DNA from: Bacteroidia bacterium
GTDB taxonomy: Bacteria; Bacteroidota; Bacteroidia; Palsa-965
Assembly: GCA_044344795.1 (NCBI GenBank)
Contig: JBIJCF010000002.1
Location: 15,562 to 79,561, forward strand
DNA: 64,000 nucleotides
Reading direction: 5' to 3'
The notes below the pieces were generated by a model, which did no database searches, had not been told where the DNA came from, and saw nothing but the letters and a program-made list of their open reading frames with translations. Shown here piece by piece: positions 49,231 through 59,241 of the stretch. A program made the position numbers and the translations under genes. Within the stretch, counting starts at the first letter, position 1, and every line of letters starts with the position of its first letter.

Positions 49231-50760
49231 TTATCGACCGCCGAGACCTTGAGGCGAACCTACACGATCCATAGCACAACGGAATCCAATAAATGCGGTT
49301 GCTTGTTGTTGATCCAGGAATCGTCGTGTTCCGGGAACCATCCAATATGCCCTGTCTTTCCACGAACCACCTTTATACACACGGGCCTTATCATTCACTA
49401 ATGAAGTGATACCGTATTCGTACATCAGTTTGTTCGCGCTAACTGCACTTGGGTCGCCATAGTATACAGAAGACAATCCGTCACCGTCACGGTAGTTGAT
49501 GTTGTCTGCGTACTTATAGTTACGACGCTTGTCCAACTTATCTTCTTTGTAAGAAAGATCTACATTACGATAGCGAATAGCTCCGGGGATACTTACGATG
49601 TTAGAATCTTTATCGTAACGAACAGAGTCTTCAACATAAATCAAAGTTGGATCTGTTGGATCTTTCATTTGAGTTCCGAAAACATTACCACGGAAAGGAC
49701 GGAAATCGTCATCATCAGTTAATGAAAGCGGACGATATACATCCATTACCCATTCTGATACGTTACCTGCCATGTTATACAAACCGTAATCGTTAGGCCA
49801 GTATGAATAAACAGGAGCCGTGATATCCGCAGCGTCATTCAACAAACCTGCAGTACCCATGTTATCACCGTTTGAACGCTTGTAGTTCGCCAACATCTGA
49901 CCAATATAACGCTCGTCAGGGTTACGAACAGCATGACCGTTCCAAGGATACAAACGGCGATCTGTAATACGTTCACCGATTGTGTTTCCGATCAATCCGA
50001 ATGCTGCGTATTCCCATTCAGCTTCGGTTGGGAGACGATACTTCGGAAGTAGGATTCCATCTTCCATACGAACCATACGCTCTTCAGCGCCGGTTGGGTT
50101 CAAGTTTGGTACGTTTTGTACAACGTTACCAACGTATGGGTTATTCGCTTTAACACCCGCCAAGTAGTGGTCGGTACTAAATGCATTTTCGTTTACCAGA
50201 TCAGGAGCCCAATCCAGAACTCCTTCACGAATCAAGATAAACTCGTTTACGCGGTCACTTCTCCAGCTCGCGAAGTTAGACGCCTGCAGCCAATTGATAC
50301 CAACTACCGGATAATCGCGGTAAGAAGGGTGACGCAAATAATACAATACGTAAGGCTCATTGTACGCCAATTTTTCGCGCCATACCAAAGTGTCAGGCAG
50401 AGCTTGCGTAAAAATTTCCGGATAATCCGGCCCGTACACACGGCTGGTCCAATACAAGAATTCTAAATAATCCAGGTTCCGTACTTCTGTTTCGTCCATA
50501 TAGAATGAAGAAACAGTAACACGACGAGGCACGTTGTTCCAGTCGTAATTTACGTCCTGTTCCACACGTCCCATGGTGAATGTACCGCCTTCCACAAGAA
50601 CAAGTCCCGGTCCTGTTTCTTGTCCTTCGTATGGCATTACTTCGAAACCGCCGTTATTAGGATCGTTGTAATTCCAGCCCGTCACATTCGAACGCTCTTT
50701 TTGACAGGACACCATCAAGGTGAGGCCTGCGAGCATTAATGGCAAGGTTAGTTTATTCAT
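49231..50760 (-). CDS. gldJ: Gliding-motility lipoprotein GldJ (formylglycine-generating-enzyme/SUMF1-like fold)
   Basis: Lipoprotein signal MNKLTLPLMLAGLTLMVSC and an FGE-sulfatase-like domain. Sits next to murF, matching the gldJ-porU-porV neighbourhood of Flavobacterium johnsoniae. Confidence 0.7.
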   Translation of the reverse strand: MNKLTLPLMLAGLTLMVSCQKERSNVTGWNYNDPNNGGFEVMPYEGQETGPGLVLVEGGTFTMGRVEQDVNYDWNNVPRRVTVSSFYMDETEVRNLDYLEFLYWTSRVYGPDYPEIFTQALPDTLVWREKLAYNEPYVLYYLRHPSYRDYPVVGINWLQASNFASWRSDRVNEFILIREGVLDWAPDLVNENAFSTDHYLAGVKANNPYVGNVVQNVPNLNPTGAEERMVRMEDGILLPKYRLPTEAEWEYAAFGLIGNTIGERITDRRLYPWNGHAVRNPDERYIGQMLANYKRSNGDNMGTAGLLNDAADITAPVYSYWPNDYGLYNMAGNVSEWVMDVYRPLSLTDDDDFRPFRGNVFGTQMKDPTDPTLIYVEDSVRYDKDSNIVSIPGAIRYRNVDLSYKEDKLDKRRNYKYADNINYRDGDGLSSVYYGDPSAVSANKLMYEYGITSLVNDKARVYKGGSWKDRAYWMVPGTRRFLDQQQATAFIGFRCAMDRVGSPQGLGGR

Positions 50761-50840
50761 GTTTTAGTAGTTTTCGTAGTTTCCCTTTTGATTATATAAC
50801 GTTGATTTTCCCTTTAATTACATGTATGCCCGAATTTTTT

Positions 50841-51794
50841 TTAGAAAGACGGACAAGAAACAGTTCTAAACTTCTTTTTCTTCGGCTTACATTCAAACTG
50901 CATCTGGAAAGAAAGTTCGTGAGAACCCGCGGTAGCATTGGTTAATTTCGATACGGTAACATCGTAACTATATCCAAACTTGAACAAATCCTGCTGGAAT
51001 CCGAGCAACAGAATAAATGAATCCTGGTTACGATACCACATCCCACCAACCAACGGACCTTTGCTGAAGTAGATACCTAAATTGAGTTGCTGGAAATCTT
51101 GCTGCTTTTGAAATAATACGTTTGGTGAAATAGAAGTTTCACTGTAACGACCACCAATCGGAATAACTGCACCTGCGTGACCTGTATATTTCATTGGTAA
51201 TTTAGATGGTCCAAGAAATCCTTCATCCGGCTCAGTAATGTGATGCACAGCGGCACCAAAGAAATAACGACGGCTGTAACCCAACAAGCCTGCAGAGAAA
51301 TCTACGTTAGTTTTGCTGGTGGCATTTGGAACTTCGTTAGTGTTGTAAATAAATCCACGACGCGGGTCAATCATATCACCGAAATTCAATTTACTCCAAT
51401 CAACAGATTTTTGCGCGTAAGTAGCTTGTAAGCCTACTTTCATCGAGAATTCGCGTGTGATATTAAGCTGATAGGAATAAATACCACTGATATTGGTGGT
51501 GTTAATCGTAGCCATACCTGCGCGGTCGTTGGTAAACAAGAAGCCAACACCCCCGGAAATAGCGTCGATGTGCTGGTCGTAAGACGCACTGTAGGTAACG
51601 AACGTCCCCGTGATGCCGGGCCACTGGTTACGGTAGTTCAAGCAAATGCGCGGACAGCGGGCTGTCCCGGCAAATGCCGGATTCAAATACAATGGGTTTG
51701 CATAGAACTGAGTAAACTCAGGATCCTGTGCATAAAGATCGCCCAAGCCGGCACCGGCCAGCATTCCAAGGGCAACAATCACGCGTTTCAGCAT
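50841..51794 (-). CDS. Type IX secretion system membrane protein of the PorP/SprF family
   Basis: PorP/SprF hallmarks (QDPEFTQFYANPLYLNPAFAG, ...). 317 aa. Confidence 0.8.
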   Translation of the reverse strand: MLKRVIVALGMLAGAGLGDLYAQDPEFTQFYANPLYLNPAFAGTARCPRICLNYRNQWPGITGTFVTYSASYDQHIDAISGGVGFLFTNDRAGMATINTTNISGIYSYQLNITREFSMKVGLQATYAQKSVDWSKLNFGDMIDPRRGFIYNTNEVPNATSKTNVDFSAGLLGYSRRYFFGAAVHHITEPDEGFLGPSKLPMKYTGHAGAVIPIGGRYSETSISPNVLFQKQQDFQQLNLGIYFSKGPLVGGMWYRNQDSFILLLGFQQDLFKFGYSYDVTVSKLTNATAGSHELSFQMQFECKPKKKKFRTVSCPSF

Positions 51795-52045
51795 AAATGG
51801 GTGCTGTTAGGTGTAAGACACAATTATACGACATTATGACGAAACAGTTGCAAAAAGTTGCTTTTTTTCAACAGTCACGCAATAATTTATGTTTGCCATC
51901 GTTCTATTCCGGCACACTAAATTTAGTTAGTCGGAAAGAACATTTATACAAATATCTTAGTTTTCAATGAACTATGCAAACCTTTTCAGGTTTGATATAC
52001 TTACATAGGTTGTAAATGTTAACTTTAACGACAAGAGCGGTTATC

Positions 52046-55000
52046 ATGAAATTAAAGAAGTTGACACTATTGTTGGTGGGTATCGGCTTGATGTTTAATC
52101 AAGTGTCTGATGCTCAGCAAATTGTGCGTGAAAATAAAGGGCGTTTCCCGCGGCACGAACTCCGTTGGTCGGAGCTAACTGCAACTCAGTTTACAGAAAC
52201 GGAAGTGCGACACTTTTTGTCGTTTGACGGTGCGTTATACGACCCTGATAAAGAGTTTTTACCCTATTATTTTCATCGGGAGCAACTTCCTGCCGGCATG
52301 AATTCCGGTTCTGCGCAGTTGTTAAACCCATCATATGCGCCCGCAACGGCAGCAGAAATTCAGGTTATTAACAATTTCGGTCGGTCATTTCTTACTACAG
52401 ATGCAGAGGTGGTTACTCGAATTGATGTTGAACGTAAAGTTCCACACATTGCGGTGATGATTTATCCGTTGCGCATAAATACGGCTACCGGACAAATTGA
52501 AAAACTGGTTTCGTTCGATCTTCAGATTCAAGCAAGCTATTCCGCTGAGCGTAATTTACGCAGCCGTTCCTATGCCACAACTTCTGTGCTGGCTTCAGGA
52601 TCGTGGTTTAAAATCGGTGTTACGAATACCGGAATTCATCGCATCAACAAAACTTTAATGACCTCGCTCGGTGTCGATATCGATAATATTGATCCGCGCA
52701 ACATTCGTATTTACGGAAACGGACAAGGACAACTGCCATTTAGTAATAATGCACCTCACTACGATGATCTTCACGAATATGCAATCATGGTGCAAGGTGA
52801 ATCTGACGGTGTATTTGATGCGAATGATGCAGTTTTATTTTATGGTGTTTCACCCAATACATGGAAATACAATTCGATAGATTCAACATTCGCGCATCAG
52901 GTTCATAATTATTCAGATACTACTTATTACTTCTTAAATGTTGATTTAGGGCCTGGAAAAAGAATTGCAGCGCAAGCATCCAGTTCATTGCCGTCAACAC
53001 ATACCGTCAATACGTTCAATGACTATCAATATCACGAAAGCGATTCCAAGAATTTGATCAAGTCGGGACGTGAATGGTACGGCGAAGAGTTTAATATTAT
53101 CAATACCTATTCTTTCTCGTTTACCTTCCCGAATATCGTTTCCACATCACGCGTAAATGTTAAAGTGGATATGGTTTCAAGGTACGAGACTGTGCACAAT
53201 TATACCGTAACCGCGCAAAACACCAATCAGGTTATATCAGTTAATGGTGCGCAAACGCAGTGTTATTATTGTTGTTACGCGTTAGCAGGGAAAGCTGATT
53301 TTGATTTTCTGCCTTCAGGCCCTGTGGTGTCTGTAAATGTGGCGCGACAGTTGAATACGTCGCCTGCTCCACTGGGTTATTTGAACTGGATAGAGGTTAA
53401 CGTGCGTCGTCAGTTGAGAATGAGTGGTAATCAGATGAGCTTCCGCGATGTGGAATCAGTTGGTGTCGGGAATGTGGGGCAGTTTACCTTGTCCGGTGTT
53501 TCTCCAAATGTTGTAGTATGGGATGTAACGGATTTGGAAAATGTGTTTTTGCAGCAAGGGACTTTATCCGGGAACGATTTTTCTTGGACACAGCAGACGG
53601 ACTCTTTGCGCGAATACATTGCCTTTGACGGATCGTCGTATTTTACTCCTGTTGCTCATGGAGCAGTGAGTAATCAGAATTTGCATGCTATGGAGCCTGC
53701 AGAGTTCATTATCATTACTCATCCTTCATTTATGGTGCAGGCGCAGGAGTTGGCGTTACTGCACGAAGAACATGATAGTCTGACATATTTGATTGTTACA
53801 CCGCAGCAGATTTACAATGAATTTTCTGCAGGTGCGCAGGACGTTACTGCAATTCGCGATTTCATTCGCATGCTGTATGAGCGCGCAGACAGCCCCGATG
53901 AAATGCCTCGTTATGTTTTGTTATTTGGCGATGGATCGTATGATAACAAGCGTCGTCTTCCGAATAACACCAATATGATCCCAACATTCCAAAACAGAAA
54001 CTCATTATGTTTTACAGAGTCGTACGTGGCAGATGAGTTTTATTGTTTGCTGGATGATTCCGGAGAATGGGATACGGGCAGTGATATTGGCGCTATGGAT
54101 GTAAGCATTGGAAGATTCCCGGTAAGTTCTGTTTCAGAAGCGCAGAACATGGTGAACAAGGTACGTCAATACATTACAAAAACACCCCCGAACACTTCAC
54201 CTGCTGGATGTCTTGCGGATGGATGCAACAAAGGGGGAGAGTGGCAAAGCTGGATTACGTTTATCGGTGATGATGAGGATTCCAATATTCACATGAGTCA
54301 ATCCGATCAATTGGCGGCTATAGTGGACACCGCTTATCATGCATACAACATCGAGAAAATTTATTTGGATGCTTACCAGCAGGAACAAACCCCAGGCGGA
54401 GAACGTTATCCGCAGGTGAATGAAGCCTTTGATAAGCGCATGGAGAAAGGCTGTTTGATCCTGAATTACACAGGTCATGGAGGAGAAGTTGGATTAGCCC
54501 ATGAGCGCATTTTAGAAGTCGGGCAGATTAATGCGTGGGACAACAAGTGCAACATGCCATTGTTTGTAACTGCTACTTGCGAGTTTAGCCGATTTGATGA
54601 TCCGGGACGCGTATCTGCGGGTGAGTATGTGTTGTTGAATCCGAACGGTGGAGGAATTGGATTATTGACTACTGTACGATTGGTTTATTCAACTCCTAAT
54701 TTCATTTTGAATCGCAACTTTTATTTTGTTGTATTCGAGCCTGAAAACGGCGAGCAAGCGCACATTGGAGATATCTATCGCAAAACAAAAGTGTTGAGCG
54801 GTTATAGTACCAACAACAGAAACTTTACATTGCTGGGCGATCCAGCATTGAAGTTGAATTATCCGACGTATACTGTTGCCACAACGCATATTAATAACGT
54901 TCCTGTAAGCTCCAATGCAGATACGATTCGTGCCTTGAGCAGAGTAACGATTAAAGGCATGGTTACGGATTCGTTGGGTAATAAAATCAATAATTACAAT

Positions 55001-55948
55001 GGCGTTCTTTATCCTACGGTTTTTGATAAAGTAAGCACGGTTACTACTTTGCAGAATGATCCGCCGATATCAGCATTTACATTTAAAACACAACGTAATG
55101 TCATTTACAAAGGCAAGGTAAATGTTGTGAATGGTGACTTCGAATTTACGTTTGTTGTTCCGCGCGATATACAGTTTCAGTTCGGAGCAGGTCGTATTAG
55201 TTACTTCGCTGAAAACGGTGTTTCCGATGCATCCGGTGCTTATGAAAATATTGTAGTTGGTGGTTCTGATCCGAATGCGACTGCAGACGGAACAGGTCCT
55301 CAGGTGCGCTTGTTTTTGAACGATTCGAATTTCGTGGCCGGAGGAATGACCGATGCTTCTCCGAAATTATTTGCGATGATTTTTGACAGCAGTGGAGTAA
55401 ACACTGTTGGTAATGGTATTGGGCACGATATTCTTGCCGTGTTGGATGAAGAAACGGATAATGCTGTTGTGCTGAATGATTACTACCAGGCCAACTTGAA
55501 CAGTTATCAGAGTGGGACTATATTATATCCGTACAACAAATTGTCAGAAGGGCCGCATACATTATCGTTGAAAGTTTGGGATGTCTACAACAATTCATCC
55601 ACTGCTAAAACAGATTTTGTGGTGAGCAGTTCTGCAACATTGGCATTAGCGCATGTGTTGAATTATCCGAATCCGTTTACGACCAATACCGCGTTTTATT
55701 TCGAACATAATCAGGCATGTTCTGAGTTTAATGTCACCATTCAGGTGTTTACCGTAAGTGGCAAATTGGTAAAAACGATTAATGAGCCCGTACATACTAC
55801 AGGCTATCGTTCTCCGGGAATTACGTGGGACGGTCGTGATGATTATGGTGATCCGATTGGTCGCGGAACATACATCTATAAGGTGTTTGTGCGCAGTGCC
55901 GATGGACAAACTGCCGAACAGTACGAAAAGCTCGTGATACTTAATTAA
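52046..55948 (+). CDS. porU: T9SS C-terminal signal peptidase / sortase PorU (gingipain-like C25 peptidase fold)
   Basis: About 1300 aa. Signal peptide MKLKKLTLLLVGIGLMFNQVSDAQ, its own T9SS CTD at the C-terminus (VLNYPNPFTTNTAFYFEHN...YIYKVFVRS) and a PorU-PorV gene pair. Confidence 0.8.
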   Translation: MKLKKLTLLLVGIGLMFNQVSDAQQIVRENKGRFPRHELRWSELTATQFTETEVRHFLSFDGALYDPDKEFLPYYFHREQLPAGMNSGSAQLLNPSYAPATAAEIQVINNFGRSFLTTDAEVVTRIDVERKVPHIAVMIYPLRINTATGQIEKLVSFDLQIQASYSAERNLRSRSYATTSVLASGSWFKIGVTNTGIHRINKTLMTSLGVDIDNIDPRNIRIYGNGQGQLPFSNNAPHYDDLHEYAIMVQGESDGVFDANDAVLFYGVSPNTWKYNSIDSTFAHQVHNYSDTTYYFLNVDLGPGKRIAAQASSSLPSTHTVNTFNDYQYHESDSKNLIKSGREWYGEEFNIINTYSFSFTFPNIVSTSRVNVKVDMVSRYETVHNYTVTAQNTNQVISVNGAQTQCYYCCYALAGKADFDFLPSGPVVSVNVARQLNTSPAPLGYLNWIEVNVRRQLRMSGNQMSFRDVESVGVGNVGQFTLSGVSPNVVVWDVTDLENVFLQQGTLSGNDFSWTQQTDSLREYIAFDGSSYFTPVAHGAVSNQNLHAMEPAEFIIITHPSFMVQAQELALLHEEHDSLTYLIVTPQQIYNEFSAGAQDVTAIRDFIRMLYERADSPDEMPRYVLLFGDGSYDNKRRLPNNTNMIPTFQNRNSLCFTESYVADEFYCLLDDSGEWDTGSDIGAMDVSIGRFPVSSVSEAQNMVNKVRQYITKTPPNTSPAGCLADGCNKGGEWQSWITFIGDDEDSNIHMSQSDQLAAIVDTAYHAYNIEKIYLDAYQQEQTPGGERYPQVNEAFDKRMEKGCLILNYTGHGGEVGLAHERILEVGQINAWDNKCNMPLFVTATCEFSRFDDPGRVSAGEYVLLNPNGGGIGLLTTVRLVYSTPNFILNRNFYFVVFEPENGEQAHIGDIYRKTKVLSGYSTNNRNFTLLGDPALKLNYPTYTVATTHINNVPVSSNADTIRALSRVTIKGMVTDSLGNKINNYNGVLYPTVFDKVSTVTTLQNDPPISAFTFKTQRNVIYKGKVNVVNGDFEFTFVVPRDIQFQFGAGRISYFAENGVSDASGAYENIVVGGSDPNATADGTGPQVRLFLNDSNFVAGGMTDASPKLFAMIFDSSGVNTVGNGIGHDILAVLDEETDNAVVLNDYYQANLNSYQSGTILYPYNKLSEGPHTLSLKVWDVYNNSSTAKTDFVVSSSATLALAHVLNYPNPFTTNTAFYFEHNQACSEFNVTIQVFTVSGKLVKTINEPVHTTGYRSPGITWDGRDDYGDPIGRGTYIYKVFVRSADGQTAEQYEKLVILN

Positions 55949-55998
55949 TAGATTTCAGCATTTTAATACATTTGTTTCCTTTCAAAATCGCTCAGACA

Positions 55999-57234
55999 AT
56001 GAATACTAGAACCAATACATTACTCATCGGTAGTTTGTTAGCAGCAAGTGCAAGTTCTTTGACTGCACAAGTTAATTTGACTACGGATGAATTGTTGGGA
56101 CAAATCAACACCATTACAACTGCAGTTCCGTTTCTGATGATTTCTCCGGATTCCAGAAGTGGCGGAATGGGCGAAACCGGTGTTGCTACAACTCCAGATG
56201 TAAATTCTATACATTGGAATGCGGCGAAGTTGGCATTTGCATCGAAGAAAACCGGTTTTGGTATTTCGTACACGCCGTGGTTGCGCGCTTTAGTTCCGGA
56301 TATTAATCTAGCGTATGTTTCGTTTTATACACAGCCTAATAAAGAGTCTGCTTTCGGAATGTCCATGCGTTATTTTTCTTTAGGTAACATAACGTTTACG
56401 GACGTTGTTGGAAATACCATCGGACAGTTCCGCCCCAACGAATTTGCTTTGGATGGCGCGTATTCCCGTAAGTTGGGTCGTCGTTTCTCAGCAGGGATGT
56501 CTGCACGAATTGTACGTTCTAACTTGACCAACGGAATCACTGTTCAAGGTCAGGATACACGTCCTGGAACTGCATTCGCGGTGGATCTGAGCGGCTATTA
56601 TTTCAACGATGACATTAAGGTTAGCGGCAAGAAAGCGATTTTCATGAGCGGTATTGCTATCACAAACATCGGTAACAAAATTTCTTACAGCACTTCTATT
56701 AATCGCGATTTTATTCCGATCAATATGCGCTTGGGAAGTGGTTTACAAGTTAAAGCAGACGATTACAACAAAATCGGATTCCAGCTCGAGTTCAATAAGT
56801 TGTTGGTTCCAACACCTCCGGTTTATCTTCTGGATTCTGTTAACGGAGGTCCGGTTATTGGTCCTGATGGGAATTATGTAATTCTCGCCGGTCGCGATCC
56901 GGATCGTTCAGTTCCTGCAGGTATGATAGGATCTTTCTATGATGCGCCTTCCGGATTTAAAGAGGAATTGCGTGAGATCAATATCAACTTTGGAACAGAG
57001 TATTGGTACAACGATCAGTTTGCGGTGCGTGCAGGATATTTTTATGAGCACCCGACGAAAGGAAATCGTCAGTTCTTTACGTTGGGAGCAGGTATTAAGT
57101 ACAACGTATTCGGATTGGATTTTGCGTATTTGATCCCAACAAATGGTCAACGCAGTCCGTTGCAAAATACGCTGCGTTTCACCATGACTTTTGACTTCGA
57201 CGCATTCAAATCTCAAAATGAAGGCGATAAATAA
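55999..57234 (+). CDS. porV: T9SS outer-membrane shuttle protein PorV (LptO), FadL-like barrel
   Basis: Signal peptide plus ...PFLMISPDSRSGGMGETGVATTPDVNSIHWN, characteristic of PorV, immediately after porU. Confidence 0.8.
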   Translation: MNTRTNTLLIGSLLAASASSLTAQVNLTTDELLGQINTITTAVPFLMISPDSRSGGMGETGVATTPDVNSIHWNAAKLAFASKKTGFGISYTPWLRALVPDINLAYVSFYTQPNKESAFGMSMRYFSLGNITFTDVVGNTIGQFRPNEFALDGAYSRKLGRRFSAGMSARIVRSNLTNGITVQGQDTRPGTAFAVDLSGYYFNDDIKVSGKKAIFMSGIAITNIGNKISYSTSINRDFIPINMRLGSGLQVKADDYNKIGFQLEFNKLLVPTPPVYLLDSVNGGPVIGPDGNYVILAGRDPDRSVPAGMIGSFYDAPSGFKEELREININFGTEYWYNDQFAVRAGYFYEHPTKGNRQFFTLGAGIKYNVFGLDFAYLIPTNGQRSPLQNTLRFTMTFDFDAFKSQNEGDK

Positions 57235-57300
57235 TTTGAAATAAAACATAACATGAAATGCTGGTCGAAAATTGACCGGCATTTTTTATACCTGAAAATT

Positions 57301-57786
57301 ATGATACCCAATATTCGCGTAGGATTCGGTTTTGATGTCCACCAATTGAAGGAAGGACGTCCGATGATTCTTGGTGGTGTGCACATTGAGCATGATAAGG
57401 GATGCGATGGACATTCGGATGCGGATGTTTTATTACATGCGATTTGTGATGCGCTATTAGGTGCAGCAGGAATGCGCGACATTGGTTTTCATTTTCCCAA
57501 TACATCAGCGGAATTTAAAAATGCGGACAGTAAGAATTTATTGAAACATGTGGTGCAATTGATTCGCGAGAAGGGATGGCAAGTAATCAATGTGGACGCT
57601 ACTTTAACATTGGAAGCACCGAAAATAAATCCGCATATTGGAGCGATGATTAAAATAATTGCTCCAATCCTTGAAGTTGATGAAGATCGGGTGGCGATAA
57701 AAGCCACCACAAACGAGAAGATGGGTTATGTGGGAAGCGGCCAAGGTGCGAATGCTTACGCCGTTGCGTTGATCGGAAAACCTTAA
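57301..57786 (+). CDS. ispF: 2-C-methyl-D-erythritol 2,4-cyclodiphosphate synthase
   Basis: IRVGFGFDVHQL...HSDADVLLHAI. 161 aa from the internal start. Confidence 0.9.
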   Translation: MIPNIRVGFGFDVHQLKEGRPMILGGVHIEHDKGCDGHSDADVLLHAICDALLGAAGMRDIGFHFPNTSAEFKNADSKNLLKHVVQLIREKGWQVINVDATLTLEAPKINPHIGAMIKIIAPILEVDEDRVAIKATTNEKMGYVGSGQGANAYAVALIGKP

Positions 57787-58463
57787 TCGATATTGATGGT
57801 GTATTCTACACCAATGATATAAAGTGTCTCCGGATCACTGATATTCCATTCTTTCTGATAGAGACCATAAAACCCGATCTGGTGCATTTTATTGATTGAA
57901 TAATCTACTCCACCTATAAATCGTGTTCGGTCGAAGCCTTTGTGATAAGCCACACGTGGATCGTGAATAAGCCAGCGCATTTCAGTGCCGATGTATGGAG
58001 AGAAAAGCTCATTTAGTTTGAATGAACATTTGAATAAATTTCTCCAATACGATTCCGGGACATAACCAAATTGTGCTGCGTAACCATATCCTCGCCATTC
58101 ATATTGCAAACGACTGCGGTATGCAATGATGAACCGTCCCGGTTTTAATCGTGCGATAACATCTGCATACACGCGATGACGAATACCCCAAAAGCCATCT
58201 TCCTTGTGTTTGTTTATGATACGGTAGGTGCCTGCAACACGAAAGTTCTTGTTGAATTTATACGTTAATCCAACGTTGGTGTAGAATAGATTCACGGTTG
58301 TCAGATTATCTCGTACCCGGAATTCCTGATCAAAATTGAATACTAACTTGTCGCCAATATCCTTATTTACGCTAAATGTGGTCCACAAGCCGAGATCGCT
58401 GCGTTGTGCATACAGCGAGGATGTAACTGTCAATACTACTAACAACCGGCGTAAATGGAGCAT
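57783..58463 (-). CDS. DUF2490-like predicted outer-membrane beta-barrel protein
   Basis: Signal peptide MLHLRRLLVVLTVTSSLYAQ. Aromatic-rich amphipathic strands. 226 aa. Confidence 0.5.
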   Translation of the reverse strand: MLHLRRLLVVLTVTSSLYAQRSDLGLWTTFSVNKDIGDKLVFNFDQEFRVRDNLTTVNLFYTNVGLTYKFNKNFRVAGTYRIINKHKEDGFWGIRHRVYADVIARLKPGRFIIAYRSRLQYEWRGYGYAAQFGYVPESYWRNLFKCSFKLNELFSPYIGTEMRWLIHDPRVAYHKGFDRTRFIGGVDYSINKMHQIGFYGLYQKEWNISDPETLYIIGVEYTINID

Positions 58464-58467
58464 ACAA

Positions 58468-59241
58468 TTACTTTTGATAATAGTAAACTTTAATAATCGC
58501 CGAATCCTTCAGGTAGTCCACTTTACCAACACTTGCTTTGTGCACGTTCAGACCGGTACGCTTTCTCAGATCTTCCAACAATGCTTCGTATTGTTCGGGT
58601 TTTATAAGATCGATATTATCATATTGGATGGTTTGAACAAATTCGGTTTTCATTAAAATATTTCCATCCAAAAAGAATGCGGCGACCACGATAAATCCAT
58701 TGATTATAGCTAATTCCAAAATACTTCCACGAATTACGGAACTGATTAAGCCGAGCGCAATTACGGTAAACAAATACGTCATATCTCGCGCAGAAATGTC
58801 TTCTGTACGATAACGCAGAAGTGAAAAAACTGCAAAAAGTCCGAACGCGGCGCCCGTTGAGAAGCTGGACTTGGTATTAAGCAAGAACGATATAGCGAAA
58901 ATGGTAATATTAAACATGAAGAACGTGAAGAAGTAGTCGCGTCTTCTATATACGGGAAAATAGATTAAGCGAATGAGCACAAACATGGCAAACAAATTGA
59001 GGCCGAGCCGTGCAAAAAACGCCGCATTAAAGCGATCAAGAGCGGTAGTGAAAAACGAAACTTCCGGTTCTTCTTTGTCCTTGTCTTTCTTTTTCTTCTT
59101 CTTTTCTTCTTCAGTGTCTTGCTCCGTATGATTGACATTCTCACTTAAGGGATTGTCCGTTTGAGCATGAAGCGCAGGAGAAGGTGCGAGCGCAATGAAT
59201 AACCAAAATAGAATATGTAATGATCTAACTAGCATGGGCAA
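58468..59241 (-). CDS. DUF4956-like integral membrane protein
   Basis: K/E-rich segment followed by four TM helices and a C-terminal soluble domain. 257 aa. Confidence 0.5.
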   Translation of the reverse strand: MPMLVRSLHILFWLFIALAPSPALHAQTDNPLSENVNHTEQDTEEEKKKKKKDKDKEEPEVSFFTTALDRFNAAFFARLGLNLFAMFVLIRLIYFPVYRRRDYFFTFFMFNITIFAISFLLNTKSSFSTGAAFGLFAVFSLLRYRTEDISARDMTYLFTVIALGLISSVIRGSILELAIINGFIVVAAFFLDGNILMKTEFVQTIQYDNIDLIKPEQYEALLEDLRKRTGLNVHKASVGKVDYLKDSAIIKVYYYQK

